From: Nitrospirales bacterium
Lineage (GTDB): Bacteria > Nitrospirota > Nitrospiria > Nitrospirales > UBA8639
Direction of reading: 5' to 3'
NCBI GenBank assembly: GCA_963555755.3
Contig: OY820905.2
Span: 800,001-864,000 of the forward strand
Length of the DNA: 64,000 nt
The notes under the pieces are model-generated. The model worked only from the letters and a program-made list of their open reading frames with translations. It was not told the DNA's origin and searched no databases. The position numbers were made by a program, and so were the translations under genes. Shown in pieces: positions 9,376-19,728 of the stretch (positions are counted from its first letter, which is position 1; each line of letters opens with the position of its first letter).

Positions 9376-11901
9376 TTAATCTTGGACAGGCTCCTGAGCT
9401 GGCTCAGCTCCCAACGGTTGGAACACCATGATTAGGGCAGCGAGCAGCGTAAGATTGCTCATGAGGGCCACCATCATGGCAAAACCGGTTAACACGCCAA
9501 AGTAGATCGTTGGGATAAAGCTCGAAAAGGCCAGGATGCTAAAGCCCAAGGTAATCGTGATCGCCGTATAATAGATGGCTCGGCCAATACTGCCATGGCA
9601 CGCCAGAATGGTTTCTCGATAGTTTTGATACTTCACAAATTCCACTTGGAACCGGTGAATATAGTGAATGGCATGATCCACGGCAATACCCACCGTAATC
9701 GCCGCAATGGTGATGGTCATAATATCCAAGGGGATCCCCACCCACCCCATCAATCCGAGCACCGAGCAGGCCGCTAACATGTTGGGCAAGATCGCCAAAA
9801 TCGAAAGCGATACACTACGAAAGAGGATGATGAACATCAAAAGAACACTGACAAACACCACACCAAGCGTCAGAATCTGCGACCTAAACAAACTTTGGAG
9901 CAGGTTGTTATAGAGCACCGCCATCCCTGTGGGATGTACCGCTTTTTCGTCAAACTTCAGATCGTCCACTAAATACTTGCGGATTTTTTCAATCAATTCC
10001 TTTCGCTTGAGCGTGGGCGCGGACTCAATCAATCGCATGGTGATACGAATTTGGTTGCCGTCTTCCCGAAGATACGGATCGATGAGCGCTTCCTTGACTT
10101 GCTCCGGAATATGTTTACGAAGTAACGCCAACTCATAGTCTTCAGGCATCTGTCCGTCATTGAGCTGTTTAAACACTTTCATCCCTGTGGCGATGGATAA
10201 AACTTTTCCTACTTCAGGAAGACTGTCCACGTAATCATGAATTTCCTCGACCAGGGTGAGCATATCGCCATTGAACCAATAGGACACGTCTTCGGATGGT
10301 GTGTCTTCGGCAAACGGGTCATCAAGCGAGTCATCAAACGGATCGGCCATCTCTTCAGGGATCTCCTCCGATACCAGGAATCCTTCTTCGGCATCGATCA
10401 CAAAATCCAACGGGACGGTTCCGCCGAGTTTCGTATCGATCAATTCCATCCCCTTGTAAATTTCGGTGGTGCTTTTAAAGTGATCGATAAAACGGTTTTC
10501 GACCTTGAGCATGGTAATGCCAACTCCACCCAGGACCGCAATAAGAAGACCACCCACGAGAATGGCCTTGGAATGTTTCAGCGTGAAAGCCGCCACGGCA
10601 ATGGTGAAGGACCGAGTCGCATCGGAACGCACAGTAGCCTTTTCGGGAGGAAAAATGACCAGCACAGTAGGGAAATAGATAAAGTTGAACACAAAGGCAA
10701 AGGTAATCCCAATCGTCATCATCCACCCAAAATCGATGACGGGACGAATGTCACTGACAATCAGGGAACAAAAGGCCACAATGGTCGTGATGGCCGTATA
10801 CAAGCACGGCTCGAACATGGTGCGCATGGTTTCAAATACCAACGTTTTTCCATCCATGTCGGGATGTTGCTCATTCAGAATTTGATGCCGCACGATGAGA
10901 TGAATGGTGAGCGACATCGTGATGATGAGCAGGAGAGAAATAAAGTTCGAAGAAATGACCGTGACCCGCCAATCCACAAACCCGAGAAACCCGACCATCA
11001 CGCTCACCGTGAGCAAACAGCAAGACATGGGCAAGAGCACCCAGCGCAGTTTTCGAAAAAAATACGTCAAGGCGACAATCAAGAACGCCAGCACACCAAC
11101 CCCGAATACCATGATGTCATGCTCGATAAACCCAATCATGTCCGAGGTAATCATCCTCACGCCACCCAAAAATATTTCAGCACTGTGGCGATGCCGATCC
11201 AGAATCTCTCGTACGACCTGGATATCCTTCCGCCCGGATTCAACAAAGAGTGCATGCCGTGCATTAAACTCCTGAATCACCGATTCCAGTTGCCCCGCTT
11301 CTTCCGCGGTGAGTTCCGAGGCCTCGGATTTTTCACGCAAACGGTTTCGTTTCTGTAACAACGCCTTGTAGACCTTATCCTCTTGAAAGATCACCTGAAT
11401 CGCCGTCGTCTTTCCATCCAGACTCACGAGATTATTTTGATAAATGGGACTTTCTAAAAACTCCTTGCGCGCAAGCTCTATATCCATCCCAGGGGTCTCT
11501 AGTGTTCTGATGCCATTCTCATCAGTCAATTCAGCTAGAGTTACTGTAGGGCTATTCACTAAGGGAGCGTTTAAAATTGACAGGGTCGTTTTGACCTTTT
11601 TCATTTTGGCGAGGTCATCCCGCAAGGCCTTCAGGCCTGCCAGTGATTCTGAAGAAAACACATCGCCCGGAGGTGTGTAGGTAACGATAAGGAAGTCATC
11701 GGAGCCATAGACGTCACGACTGTCCCGGTAGTATTTCAAATCCTGATCATTTTCAAGGACAAGCGACTCGTCCGACGCATCGAGTTTAAAGTTCTGGCTG
11801 TGAATGCCAAAAAACGCCACTAGCAGGACGAGCAGCCCTAAGGAAATGGCAGGCCTGTCAATAACCGCGCGTTTGTAGATCCGGAGAACCCCTGACTCCA
11901 T
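9376..11901 (-). CDS. MMPL/RND-family transporter
   Basis: 841 aa with two TM bundles, GIAVDHAIHY motif and large periplasmic loops. Confidence 0.9.
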   Translation of the reverse strand: MESGVLRIYKRAVIDRPAISLGLLVLLVAFFGIHSQNFKLDASDESLVLENDQDLKYYRDSRDVYGSDDFLIVTYTPPGDVFSSESLAGLKALRDDLAKMKKVKTTLSILNAPLVNSPTVTLAELTDENGIRTLETPGMDIELARKEFLESPIYQNNLVSLDGKTTAIQVIFQEDKVYKALLQKRNRLREKSEASELTAEEAGQLESVIQEFNARHALFVESGRKDIQVVREILDRHRHSAEIFLGGVRMITSDMIGFIEHDIMVFGVGVLAFLIVALTYFFRKLRWVLLPMSCCLLTVSVMVGFLGFVDWRVTVISSNFISLLLIITMSLTIHLIVRHQILNEQHPDMDGKTLVFETMRTMFEPCLYTAITTIVAFCSLIVSDIRPVIDFGWMMTIGITFAFVFNFIYFPTVLVIFPPEKATVRSDATRSFTIAVAAFTLKHSKAILVGGLLIAVLGGVGITMLKVENRFIDHFKSTTEIYKGMELIDTKLGGTVPLDFVIDAEEGFLVSEEIPEEMADPFDDSLDDPFAEDTPSEDVSYWFNGDMLTLVEEIHDYVDSLPEVGKVLSIATGMKVFKQLNDGQMPEDYELALLRKHIPEQVKEALIDPYLREDGNQIRITMRLIESAPTLKRKELIEKIRKYLVDDLKFDEKAVHPTGMAVLYNNLLQSLFRSQILTLGVVFVSVLLMFIILFRSVSLSILAILPNMLAACSVLGLMGWVGIPLDIMTITIAAITVGIAVDHAIHYIHRFQVEFVKYQNYRETILACHGSIGRAIYYTAITITLGFSILAFSSFIPTIYFGVLTGFAMMVALMSNLTLLAALIMVFQPLGAEPAQEPVQD

Positions 11902-12391
11902 AGCCTTCCATCACTCCTTTAAAAATGCCCAAATGGGCAAGACCAGCATCATCCCTAGCGGCTGAGGTAAAGTCAATAATGTCTCTATTTTTTCTCTTAT
12001 TGACTGTGGAGCCCATTTCACCTTGTTCAGGCCTTTACCCTTGATATCGTGATCTGTATTGTTGCAGATGATCGGTCAGGTGGTTCTATCCCGACCTCAA
12101 GGAGAAAAAGAACGCATGAATCAGCCAAACTATATTTTCAACAAAAGCGAGGACCAGCCAGAACGTGATCGACTCAAATTGATTGAGCAATACCACGATC
12201 CGCGCACGCGCGAGCGACTACAACAGGTCGGCATGAGTGCAAGAGGGACATGTCTCGAGGTCGGACCGGGCGCGGGGTCCATCATGCGATGGATGGCCCG
12301 AATCGTGGGTCCCCATGGGCATGTGATGGCCATTGAATTGAATCCCCGTTTTCTTTCCCGCAACACACTTCCTCATCTCACCCTCATTCAA

Positions 12392-12820
12392 CCTAGAAAC
12401 GGCAGTTGGGCGCAAAAAGGCCGTGTAAGATATTGGTGTGCATGGTGAAATAAAAAAAGTCGTGGTCACCTCAGTGGTGATGAGACATTTTTTTATTTTG
12501 CCAGGTGCGCTCAGGGTCCGTCACGAAATAACCAGTACAATTGGGAGGCCCAGATTTGTGATCGGGGCAAGGCGCGACGAGGGAGCAGAGCGGGGCTCTG
12601 TGACCGAGGAGCAACGCCGCCCCGGGCCAAAGATGGGCCTCCCCGGAGGGCCGGACGCTTTTGGGCTCCGCCAGCGTCGCTCATCGCTTCCATACTCCCG
12701 GCATACGCGCTCTTCGCTCCTTGGCTCGCTCCAAAATCGTCTCGGCCAATTGTACTGGTTATTTCGTGACGGACCCTAAGAGCTTGCGCGGACTTTTGTG
12801 ATCCAACTGCTGTTTTTAGG
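12392..12820. mobile_element. MITE-A containing MITE-B (12514-12776, 263 bp)
   Basis: TTCAA TSD; inner element has a long TIR GGGTCCGTCACGAAATAACC with TCA/TAA flanks. Confidence 0.9.
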
Positions 12821-12900
12821 TTCAAGGCGATATCAATAAGGTGGCACTCCCATCAAAGACCTTTCAAGTTGCCCACGCTCGGTTTACGTTGATTCATACA

Positions 12901-13114
12901 GGGAATGTTGAAAAAAGCCGCCAGCGGCGTTCTCGCCATTTTGCCGTGCTCACGTACTATGAGTACGCTCCGCGCGTCAAAAGGGCTGCGGCCTTGCTGG
13001 ATAGACCCTTCGGAAAGACTCAGGGCATGCTTTTTTGAACATTCCCTCCCACTGACGATGCGTGGCTCATCTGGAGCTTTTATTGGCTGTTGGAGTGCAA
13101 TATTCAACAGGCCC
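12901..13114. mobile_element. MITE-C (core plus tail)
   Basis: GGGAATGTTGAA..TTCAACAGGCCC with ATAC duplicated at the flanks; several related copies in the window. Confidence 0.88.
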
Positions 13115-13584
13115 ATACGCAGAGCTACCGACGCGCATTGAAAAAAATCATTGAAGCCCTTCGACCCGGGGGTTGGCTTGTACTGGAAGAACCAGACTTC
13201 TCCGTCGCACGGATAGTGACGGGACCCAAGGGGTTAGGACGATCCGTTCAGCGAGTGAATGAAGCCATCCAACACATGTTCTCCAACGCGGGGCTGGACC
13301 CAGCGTTCGGGGTCAAACTTCCCGGTCTACTCCAAGAAATGGGCCTCGTGAATCTCGCTGTGGATAATGATACGTCGCTTGTCCAAGGCGGGGCCCCCAT
13401 GGCCACGATTATGAAACTATCTGCTCACCAATTAGCGGTGAAATACCTCGCGACGGGTCGAGTGACCAAGACCGACCTGACCCGCTATGTCCGTTTTTCC
13501 GAAGATCCCGATTCCTGGGCCGTGTATCACGCTACCGTAGCCGTCATGGCCCAAAAACCTCGAGGCGTATCAACCAAGACCAAA

Positions 13585-13961
13585 GGGCTCGCGAAACAAT
13601 AACTTCCAATGTTTGGGCGCCGATCCATCCCGTCTGGCGGCGTTGCTCGTCCTTTCCATACAGGGAATGTTGAAAAAAGCCGCCAGCGGCGTTCTCGCCC
13701 TTTTGCCGTGCTCACGTACTGAGAGTACGCTCCGCGCGTCAAAAGGGCTGCGGCCTTGCTGGATAGACCCTTCGGAAAGACTCAGGGCATGCTTTTTTGA
13801 ACATTCCCTCCCACTGATGCGAGCAGGCTTACCTGGAGCATCTATGGGTCATGAACCTGAAATATTCAACAGACCCATACAGAGGAGTATGCGCAGTCCT
13901 CGCGCCTTGCCAGACAGGTGCCTCAACACCCAAACATAGGAAGTTATTGTTGCGCGAGCCC
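13585..13961. mobile_element. MITE-D containing MITE-C (13663-13876)
   Basis: TIR GGGCTCGCG/CGCGAGCCC with CAAA flanks; inner element flanked by ATACA. Confidence 0.88.
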
Positions 13962-14225
13962 CAAACGGATGTCGTTCGGATAATCGGGAAAATATTGTTC
14001 GATGACGGGAAGATCAAAAGCACGCAGGATCGATTCCTTCGGTTCACGTTCCAACAGAAACTCAAACGATTTCTCGATCAAGGTTTCAGGCTGAACATCG
14101 CCGCCATATCGCTGGAGGTCGTCAACATTGGCGGTGACGGTATGAATGGTACGTGATGCGCCTTCATGTATTTCCACACGAAATTGTGTGTCATTCAAAC
14201 GTTGGACACGAATATCTGCCATCAT
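13944..14225 (-). CDS. Conserved hypothetical small protein
   Basis: LIEKSFEFLLEREPKESILRAFDL..I..YFPDY motif; its stop codon lies inside MITE-D. Confidence 0.75.
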   Translation of the reverse strand: MMADIRVQRLNDTQFRVEIHEGASRTIHTVTANVDDLQRYGGDVQPETLIEKSFEFLLEREPKESILRAFDLPVIEQYFPDYPNDIRLGLAQQ

Positions 14226-14245
14226 TCACCTGTCTGAAGTTCTGA

Positions 14246-15487
14246 CTACCGCACTTCCATTTCGGTGGTGGACCACGGTTTAACTTTCTTCATCGCCCGA
14301 GCCCAAAGGGATTGATAGGTTTCACGACCCTGTAGCAACTCACAATATCGATGGAGCACGCGTTGATAGGGACCAGGAAATGTTCGACCCAACCACCGAT
14401 GCCATAAGCGTGGCAGCCCATAGACCACTCGATTCAATTTCAAGGCAATCCGAAACTCTTCCGCGAATTCTTGCATGATCGCGTCATCATACGCTTCAAG
14501 CGTAAGATGTTCATGTCGCAAAAAATTCGCAATGCTCGCCCCAGCCAGTTGTCCTGACCGCACGGCATAAAAAATACCTTCCCCTAATAACGGATCAACC
14601 AAATGCCCTGCATCTCCAACCAGCACGGCTCGGCCATGAACGAGCCCTCCATTCCATTTATGGCCTTTCAACCCGGGATGGCGATTAAACACCGGAATCG
14701 GGTACCCCACTGGCGTAGGGATCATCAATCCGGCAAGAGAGGGCTCCTCAAGTGAAAATTGCTGAAAACTGCGTTTGGGGCGACTGTCTCCACGCACGAA
14801 TTCCCCGACTCCAATTGAAAGACCATCGCGTTTCGGAAAAATCCACCCATACCCCTTTTTCGCCGTATTAAGACTAATCACCGCTAATTTCAGCCCGCCA
14901 TTCTCGCCACCATTCTCGGAGAAAACTGGTACCTGAACTTCAGAGACGCCAAAAACCTCGCTTTCCAATCCTGGAATATTCCGCAACCCTCGACCAGGAA
15001 ATAATTGCTGCGCGACCACACTCATGGCCCCATCGGCACCAACAACCATGCGACTGCGATACCGTCCTTTCGTCGTTGTTACTTCTACCCCGTCTGGAAG
15101 AGCCTGTAGCGTTTTCACTGCCTCGTCCTCATGAACGTCGGTCCCACTCTGTTGAGCGCGGGTCATGAGCCACGTATCAAACCGCGATCGCATGACCATA
15201 AACGCAAACGGCTCCTTGGACTCGACAAAGAAAGATTCCTTCGGCGCGTAGCTAAACTGCAAACGATACACGGCTTCTTCGACCACCTGTTTAAATTCAG
15301 CAGGTAAAATTTGATCGATCCGCGCAGATAACGCACCACCACAGACTTTGTATCGAGGGTGAGTGTGTTTTTCCAAGCCAAGCACCGACAACCCCGCATG
15401 ACTTAACTCATACGCCGTCGATGCCCCTGCCGGTCCCATCCCCACCACAATCACGTCATACCAGGGTTCACTAGAACCATCACTCAC
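14246..15487 (-). CDS. Geranylgeranyl reductase-family FAD oxidoreductase
   Basis: DVIVVGMGPAG, PRYKVCGG, GADGA, GYGWIFPK, LVGDAGHLVDPLLGEGI; AAGGAG precedes GTG 15487. Confidence 0.9.
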   Translation of the reverse strand: MSDGSSEPWYDVIVVGMGPAGASTAYELSHAGLSVLGLEKHTHPRYKVCGGALSARIDQILPAEFKQVVEEAVYRLQFSYAPKESFFVESKEPFAFMVMRSRFDTWLMTRAQQSGTDVHEDEAVKTLQALPDGVEVTTTKGRYRSRMVVGADGAMSVVAQQLFPGRGLRNIPGLESEVFGVSEVQVPVFSENGGENGGLKLAVISLNTAKKGYGWIFPKRDGLSIGVGEFVRGDSRPKRSFQQFSLEEPSLAGLMIPTPVGYPIPVFNRHPGLKGHKWNGGLVHGRAVLVGDAGHLVDPLLGEGIFYAVRSGQLAGASIANFLRHEHLTLEAYDDAIMQEFAEEFRIALKLNRVVYGLPRLWHRWLGRTFPGPYQRVLHRYCELLQGRETYQSLWARAMKKVKPWSTTEMEVR

Positions 15488-15755
15488 GAGAAAAAACTCC
15501 TTTACGGTGGGAGAGAGTCGAATCAAGCTTCAGAATTTCGTCGGACACACTGTATCGTATTTTCGACCTAGCCACCACAGAAAAATCTCTTGACCACCAA
15601 TGGCAAAGGCCTGAATCCCCTCCTGAATCGACAGGCATACATTATCAAATTAGTCGATTGCTATAGCTCCAAATGTGACAGAGATCTCACCGAAGTGTTA
15701 TAACTCGTTTCTCAACCAACCGAAACCCCGTGAAAAGAAAAATTAAGGAGTCTGT

Positions 15756-16319
15756 ATGCCGGATTCATCTTCCCCCCCACCACCGGGAAAAGAAATTGCC
15801 ACGCTGGGTGGCGGGTGTTTTTGGTGTATTGAAGCCGCGTTGAATCAATTGAAGGGTGTGGACTCTGCTGAATCCGGCTACATGGGCGGGAAACAACCGA
15901 ACCCAACGTATGAAGCCGTATGCACCGGGGTCTCAGGGCATGCCGAAGTTGTTCAGATCACATTTGATCCCTCAACCATCACCTTTCGTGAAATTCTTGA
16001 AGTGTTTTTTGCCCTCCACGACCCCACGACGCTCAATCGGCAGGGTAATGACATGGGCACGCAATATCGATCAGTGGTTTTCTATCATTCACCGGATCAA
16101 GAAGCGACAGTCAAGAAAGTCATTGAGACTCTGACCAACGACAAACTCTTTGACTCCCCGATTGTGACGGAAGTCTCACCTGCCCAACCGTTCTACATGG
16201 GAGAGGACTATCATCAGGAATATTTCGCGCGTAATCCTACGCAACCCTATTGCTCCACTCTCATTGGTCCCAAAATCGCCAAATTTCGCAAACAATTTGA
16301 ATCCAAATTAAAAGTATGA
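15756..16319 (+). CDS. msrA: Peptide methionine sulfoxide reductase A
   Basis: GGGCFWC, GHAEVVQ, HDPTTLNRQGND.GTQYRS, EDYHQEY. Confidence 0.96.
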   Translation: MPDSSSPPPPGKEIATLGGGCFWCIEAALNQLKGVDSAESGYMGGKQPNPTYEAVCTGVSGHAEVVQITFDPSTITFREILEVFFALHDPTTLNRQGNDMGTQYRSVVFYHSPDQEATVKKVIETLTNDKLFDSPIVTEVSPAQPFYMGEDYHQEYFARNPTQPYCSTLIGPKIAKFRKQFESKLKV

Positions 16320-16373
16320 AGGGGACAATTTTCACATCACCAACCCTGGACAATCCGATAATATTCTAATGTT

Positions 16374-18278
16374 ATGACGGCTCCCTCTACAAACGCATCC
16401 TCTGCCACCACACACCCACAAAAAAAAGATGGCATTTGGATTCTAGGCATCTCAGGATATTATCACGATAGCGCCGCCTGCATTATTCAAGATGGACACA
16501 TTATTGTTGCGGCCCAGGAAGAGCGCTTTTCCCGGAAAAAGCACGACGCCCGGTTCCCGATCCATGCCATCACGTGTTGTCTTCAAGAAGCCAACATCAC
16601 TTTGAGTGATGTGGAGACCATCGCGTTTTATGAAAAACCGTTTCTCAAATTTGAACGACTCCTCGAAACCTATTTATCATTTGCACCCAAGGGGCTTCTA
16701 TCTTTTTGGCAAGCCATGCCCGTGTGGTTAAAGGAAAAACTATTCCTCAAAAATCGGCTTACCAAGGAATTGGGGAAATTTGGCCCCCTGCAAGGGCACG
16801 GCCCCTTGCCACCATTGTCATTTTCTGAACACCATGAGTCACATGCCGCCTCGGCTTTTTATCCGTCCCCCTACGAACGGGCCGCGATTCTCTGCATGGA
16901 TGGTGTTGGCGAATGGGCCACGACATCCGTGTGGACGGGGAACAACCATTCCATCACGCCCTTGTGGGAAATCCCCTTTCCGCATTCTCTCGGCCTGCTG
17001 TACTCGGCATTCACCTACTACACAGGATTCAAAGTCAACTCCGGCGAATATAAAGTCATGGGACTGGCTCCGTATGGCCAACCAAAATACACGAAACACA
17101 TTAAGGACCATTTGATTGACATCAAACCCGATGGCACCTTTCGGCTGAACATGGAGTACTTTAATTTCTGCACCGGCCTGACCATGACCAACCACAAATT
17201 TGATGAACTTTTTGGTGGGCCACCGCGCACACCGGAATCTACCCTCACACAACGAGAAATGGACCTCGCACGATCCGTTCAAGAGGTCACCGAAGAAATC
17301 ATGTTGCAAATAGGAGAAACGATTCATCGCGAAACCGGCATGGATTATTTATGCATGGCAGGAGGGGTCGCGTTGAACTGCGTAGGGAATGGCCGTCTCC
17401 TCCGGGAAGGACCCTTCAAAGGGATCTGGATACAACCGGCTGCCGGCGACGCCGGTGGGGCCGTGGGTGCGGCCTTACAAGCCTATCATCACATGCTCGG
17501 CCATCCACGAACTTGCCACGCTCCACACGATTCCATGCGCGGTTCCTATCTTGGGCCAGCTTTTTCCAATGAGGCCATCGAACAATTCCTGGGCACCGTT
17601 GATGCATCGTACACTCGATATGCAGATGACGACTTTTTCGAAACCGTGGCAAAAGCCTTAGCCGAAGGCAAGATTGTTGGCTGGTTTCAAGGACGGATGG
17701 AATTTGGACCACGCGCCCTGGGCGGAAGAAGTATTTTAGGCGATCCTCGAAACCCCGCGATGCAATCCGTGATGAATCTCAAGATTAAACATCGAGAATC
17801 CTTCCGGCCATTTGCTCCGGCGGTGTTGCGAGAACGTGTAACCGAATATTTTGAACTCGATACCGACAGTCCCTATATGCTCCTCGTCGCACCCGTGGTG
17901 AAAAACCGACGAATCCCCCAAGCCCCACACTCCGAAAACTTGTGGGGCATCGAACTGTTGAATCAGGCCCGGTCAGATATCCCAGCCGTCACGCACCTGG
18001 ACTACTCAGCGCGGGTTCAAACGGTCCACGAAGAAACCAACCCTCGCTACTATAGACTGCTGCAAACATTTGAAAAACACACGGGGTGTGCCGTCCTGGT
18101 CAACACATCCTTTAATGTCCGAGGCGAACCTATTGTCTGTTCGCCCGAAGATGCGTATCGTTGCTTTATGAGGACGGAAATGGACCTTCTGGTTTTGGAA
18201 AATTGCGTACTGATCAAATCCGATCAAAAAGCCTGGGAAGAAGAAACTGATTGGAAGCAGGAATTTACCTTAGACTAA
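16374..18278 (+). CDS. Carbamoyltransferase (NodU/CmcH family)
   Basis: YHDSAA, QEERFSR, HHESHAASAF, GEYKVMGLAPYG, AGGVALN, EFGPRALG, NTSFN. Confidence 0.94.
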   Translation: MTAPSTNASSATTHPQKKDGIWILGISGYYHDSAACIIQDGHIIVAAQEERFSRKKHDARFPIHAITCCLQEANITLSDVETIAFYEKPFLKFERLLETYLSFAPKGLLSFWQAMPVWLKEKLFLKNRLTKELGKFGPLQGHGPLPPLSFSEHHESHAASAFYPSPYERAAILCMDGVGEWATTSVWTGNNHSITPLWEIPFPHSLGLLYSAFTYYTGFKVNSGEYKVMGLAPYGQPKYTKHIKDHLIDIKPDGTFRLNMEYFNFCTGLTMTNHKFDELFGGPPRTPESTLTQREMDLARSVQEVTEEIMLQIGETIHRETGMDYLCMAGGVALNCVGNGRLLREGPFKGIWIQPAAGDAGGAVGAALQAYHHMLGHPRTCHAPHDSMRGSYLGPAFSNEAIEQFLGTVDASYTRYADDDFFETVAKALAEGKIVGWFQGRMEFGPRALGGRSILGDPRNPAMQSVMNLKIKHRESFRPFAPAVLRERVTEYFELDTDSPYMLLVAPVVKNRRIPQAPHSENLWGIELLNQARSDIPAVTHLDYSARVQTVHEETNPRYYRLLQTFEKHTGCAVLVNTSFNVRGEPIVCSPEDAYRCFMRTEMDLLVLENCVLIKSDQKAWEEETDWKQEFTLD

Positions 18279-18296
18279 TGTACCGGAAACCAAGAC

Positions 18297-18716
18297 GTGG
18301 AAACTCACAACCTGAATCCAGAAACAACACAAGTTCAACCCCAACAACTTCGCTCTTTTGGTTTACTAGTTGGTGGAGTGTTTACACTCATTTCCGTTTG
18401 GCCTCTCGTCGTCCACCAAGAACCCCTTCGGACTTGGGCACTACTCCCAGGCTGTCTTTTACTCCTTGGTGCCCTGATCAAACCACTTTGGTTGCGGCCG
18501 CTATTCATGGGCTGGATGAAAGTCGGACATGTGCTCGGATTCGTCAACACTCGGATCATTTTGAGCATTGGATTCTTTTTTGTATTTACGCCCATTGGCC
18601 TCATTCGCCGAATGATGGGCAAAGACTCGCTTCATCGGCAATTTGAACCTGAGCAATCAACCTATCGATCCCTACGCCAAGCCAGACTTGGGGACCATAT
18701 GAAAAAACAACATTGA
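18297..18716 (+). CDS. SxtJ-family membrane protein
   Basis: LRSFG, WM..G..LG..NTRIIL..FF..FTPIG; follows the carbamoyltransferase. Confidence 0.85.
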   Translation: METHNLNPETTQVQPQQLRSFGLLVGGVFTLISVWPLVVHQEPLRTWALLPGCLLLLGALIKPLWLRPLFMGWMKVGHVLGFVNTRIILSIGFFFVFTPIGLIRRMMGKDSLHRQFEPEQSTYRSLRQARLGDHMKKQH

Positions 18717-18788
18717 AACAGTTACACAAGCACGCATGTTCCACGCTACGGTTAAAAACGATTTAGTGCCTATCAAGGAGAAGTGTCC

Positions 18789-18941
18789 ATGATCGAGTTT
18801 GCCAAAGAACTGTGGGAATTTCTCAGAGAACGAAAAAAATTCTGGCTGCTGCCCATCATCGCCTTCTTGGTGCTCTTAGGCAGCCTCATCGTGCTCACCG
18901 AAGGGTCGGCGGTGGCACCATTTATTTACACACTGTTCTAA
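18789..18941 (+). CDS. Small SxtK-like (DUF5989-type) membrane protein, 50 aa
   Basis: MIEFAKELWEFLRERKKFWLLPII..GSAVAPFIYTLF with an AAGGAG RBS; below the ORF track cutoff. Confidence 0.9.
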   Translation: MIEFAKELWEFLRERKKFWLLPIIAFLVLLGSLIVLTEGSAVAPFIYTLF

Positions 18942-18995
18942 AGATAATAAAGAAAAAAGCAAGCTATCCTTTAGGCAGCTTCCCATTTCTAGTCG

Positions 18996-19025
18996 GTCAT
19001 CCCCGACATCCCTAATCGGGAATCC
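18996..19025. repeat. REP-like palindrome GTCATCCCCGAC..TCGGGAATCC; reverse copies at 23513-23542, 24666-24695 and 33651-33680
   Basis: Four related 30-bp imperfect hairpins, all intergenic. Confidence 0.7.
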
Positions 19026-19229
19026 ACCTATTTCCTTTTTTCATTTCGACACCAGGAGAAATCTGTAGTTCGGTACGATGAAGATTTCTAACCTTCGTTC
19101 CAAACAAGGATTTCTCGTGAAGCCTTGGAAATTCCCGTGACTCCCCTGGTTTTCTCCTGATAACCAAATTAAGGACTTTGGTCCGGATATACCAGCCTCA
19201 GATTTTTTTTTGCATCTCTTGTTCATCAT

Positions 19230-19551
19230 CCTAGAAACGGCAGTTGGGCACAAAACAGCTGTGTAAGATATTGGGGTGCATGGTGAAATACAAAAGGTCA
19301 TGGTCACCGTAGGGTTCGCGCAAGAATACCTTCCCCTGTTTGGGCGTCGATCCATCCCGCCTGGCGGCGTTGCTCGTCCTTTCCATACGAGGAGTATGCG
19401 CAGTCCTCGCGCCTTGCCAGACAGGTGGCTCAGCACCCAAACAGGGGAAGGTATTCTTGCGCGAACCCTCCGTGGTGATGAGACATTTTTCTGTTTTGCG
19501 AGGTGCGCCAAGAGTTTGCGAGGACTTTGTGTTCCAAGTGCGGTTTCTAGG
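19230..19551. mobile_element. MITE-A containing MITE-D (19312-19468, 157 bp)
   Basis: TIRs of both families are present; the outer flanks differ (ATCAT / TTGAA). Confidence 0.88.
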
Positions 19552-19728
19552 TTGAAGATGATGTAAACTCACAACAAAAGCCGCGACCTCCTCTTCACGA
19601 TTTTTTCGTACCATAGCCGGAACCTACAAGAAGATGTACAAATAAGTCAATACTCATGCCTGACCCCATTACTGACCCCATTACCATATTATTCACCCAT
19701 TTCATGATCATCACCCCCTTCCACTTAA

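Larger units (their letters stand above)
12116..13602 (+). pseudogene. Class I SAM-dependent methyltransferase split by MITE insertions
   Basis: CLEVGPGAGS..LIQ|GDIN..HARFTLIH|TQSY..LRPGGWLVLEEPDF; the frame is restored when 12392-12825 and 12901-13114 plus one TSD are removed. Confidence 0.88.

Noticed and set aside
10237..11358. Long antisense ORFs (e.g. 373 aa opposite the MMPL gene)
   Set aside because: Shadow frames of well-supported genes on the other strand.
12905..13141. Recurrent small 'proteins' such as MLKKAASGVLA.. and ..PRNGSWAQK..
   Set aside because: They are translations of MITE-C, A and D sequence, without coding signals.
12392..13961. CRISPR array
   Set aside because: Repeats are 140-430 bp TIR elements with TSDs, not short regularly spaced repeats, and no cas genes are present.
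16374..18941. Saxitoxin biosynthesis cluster
   Set aside because: No sxtA/G/B or other pathway genes are in the window.
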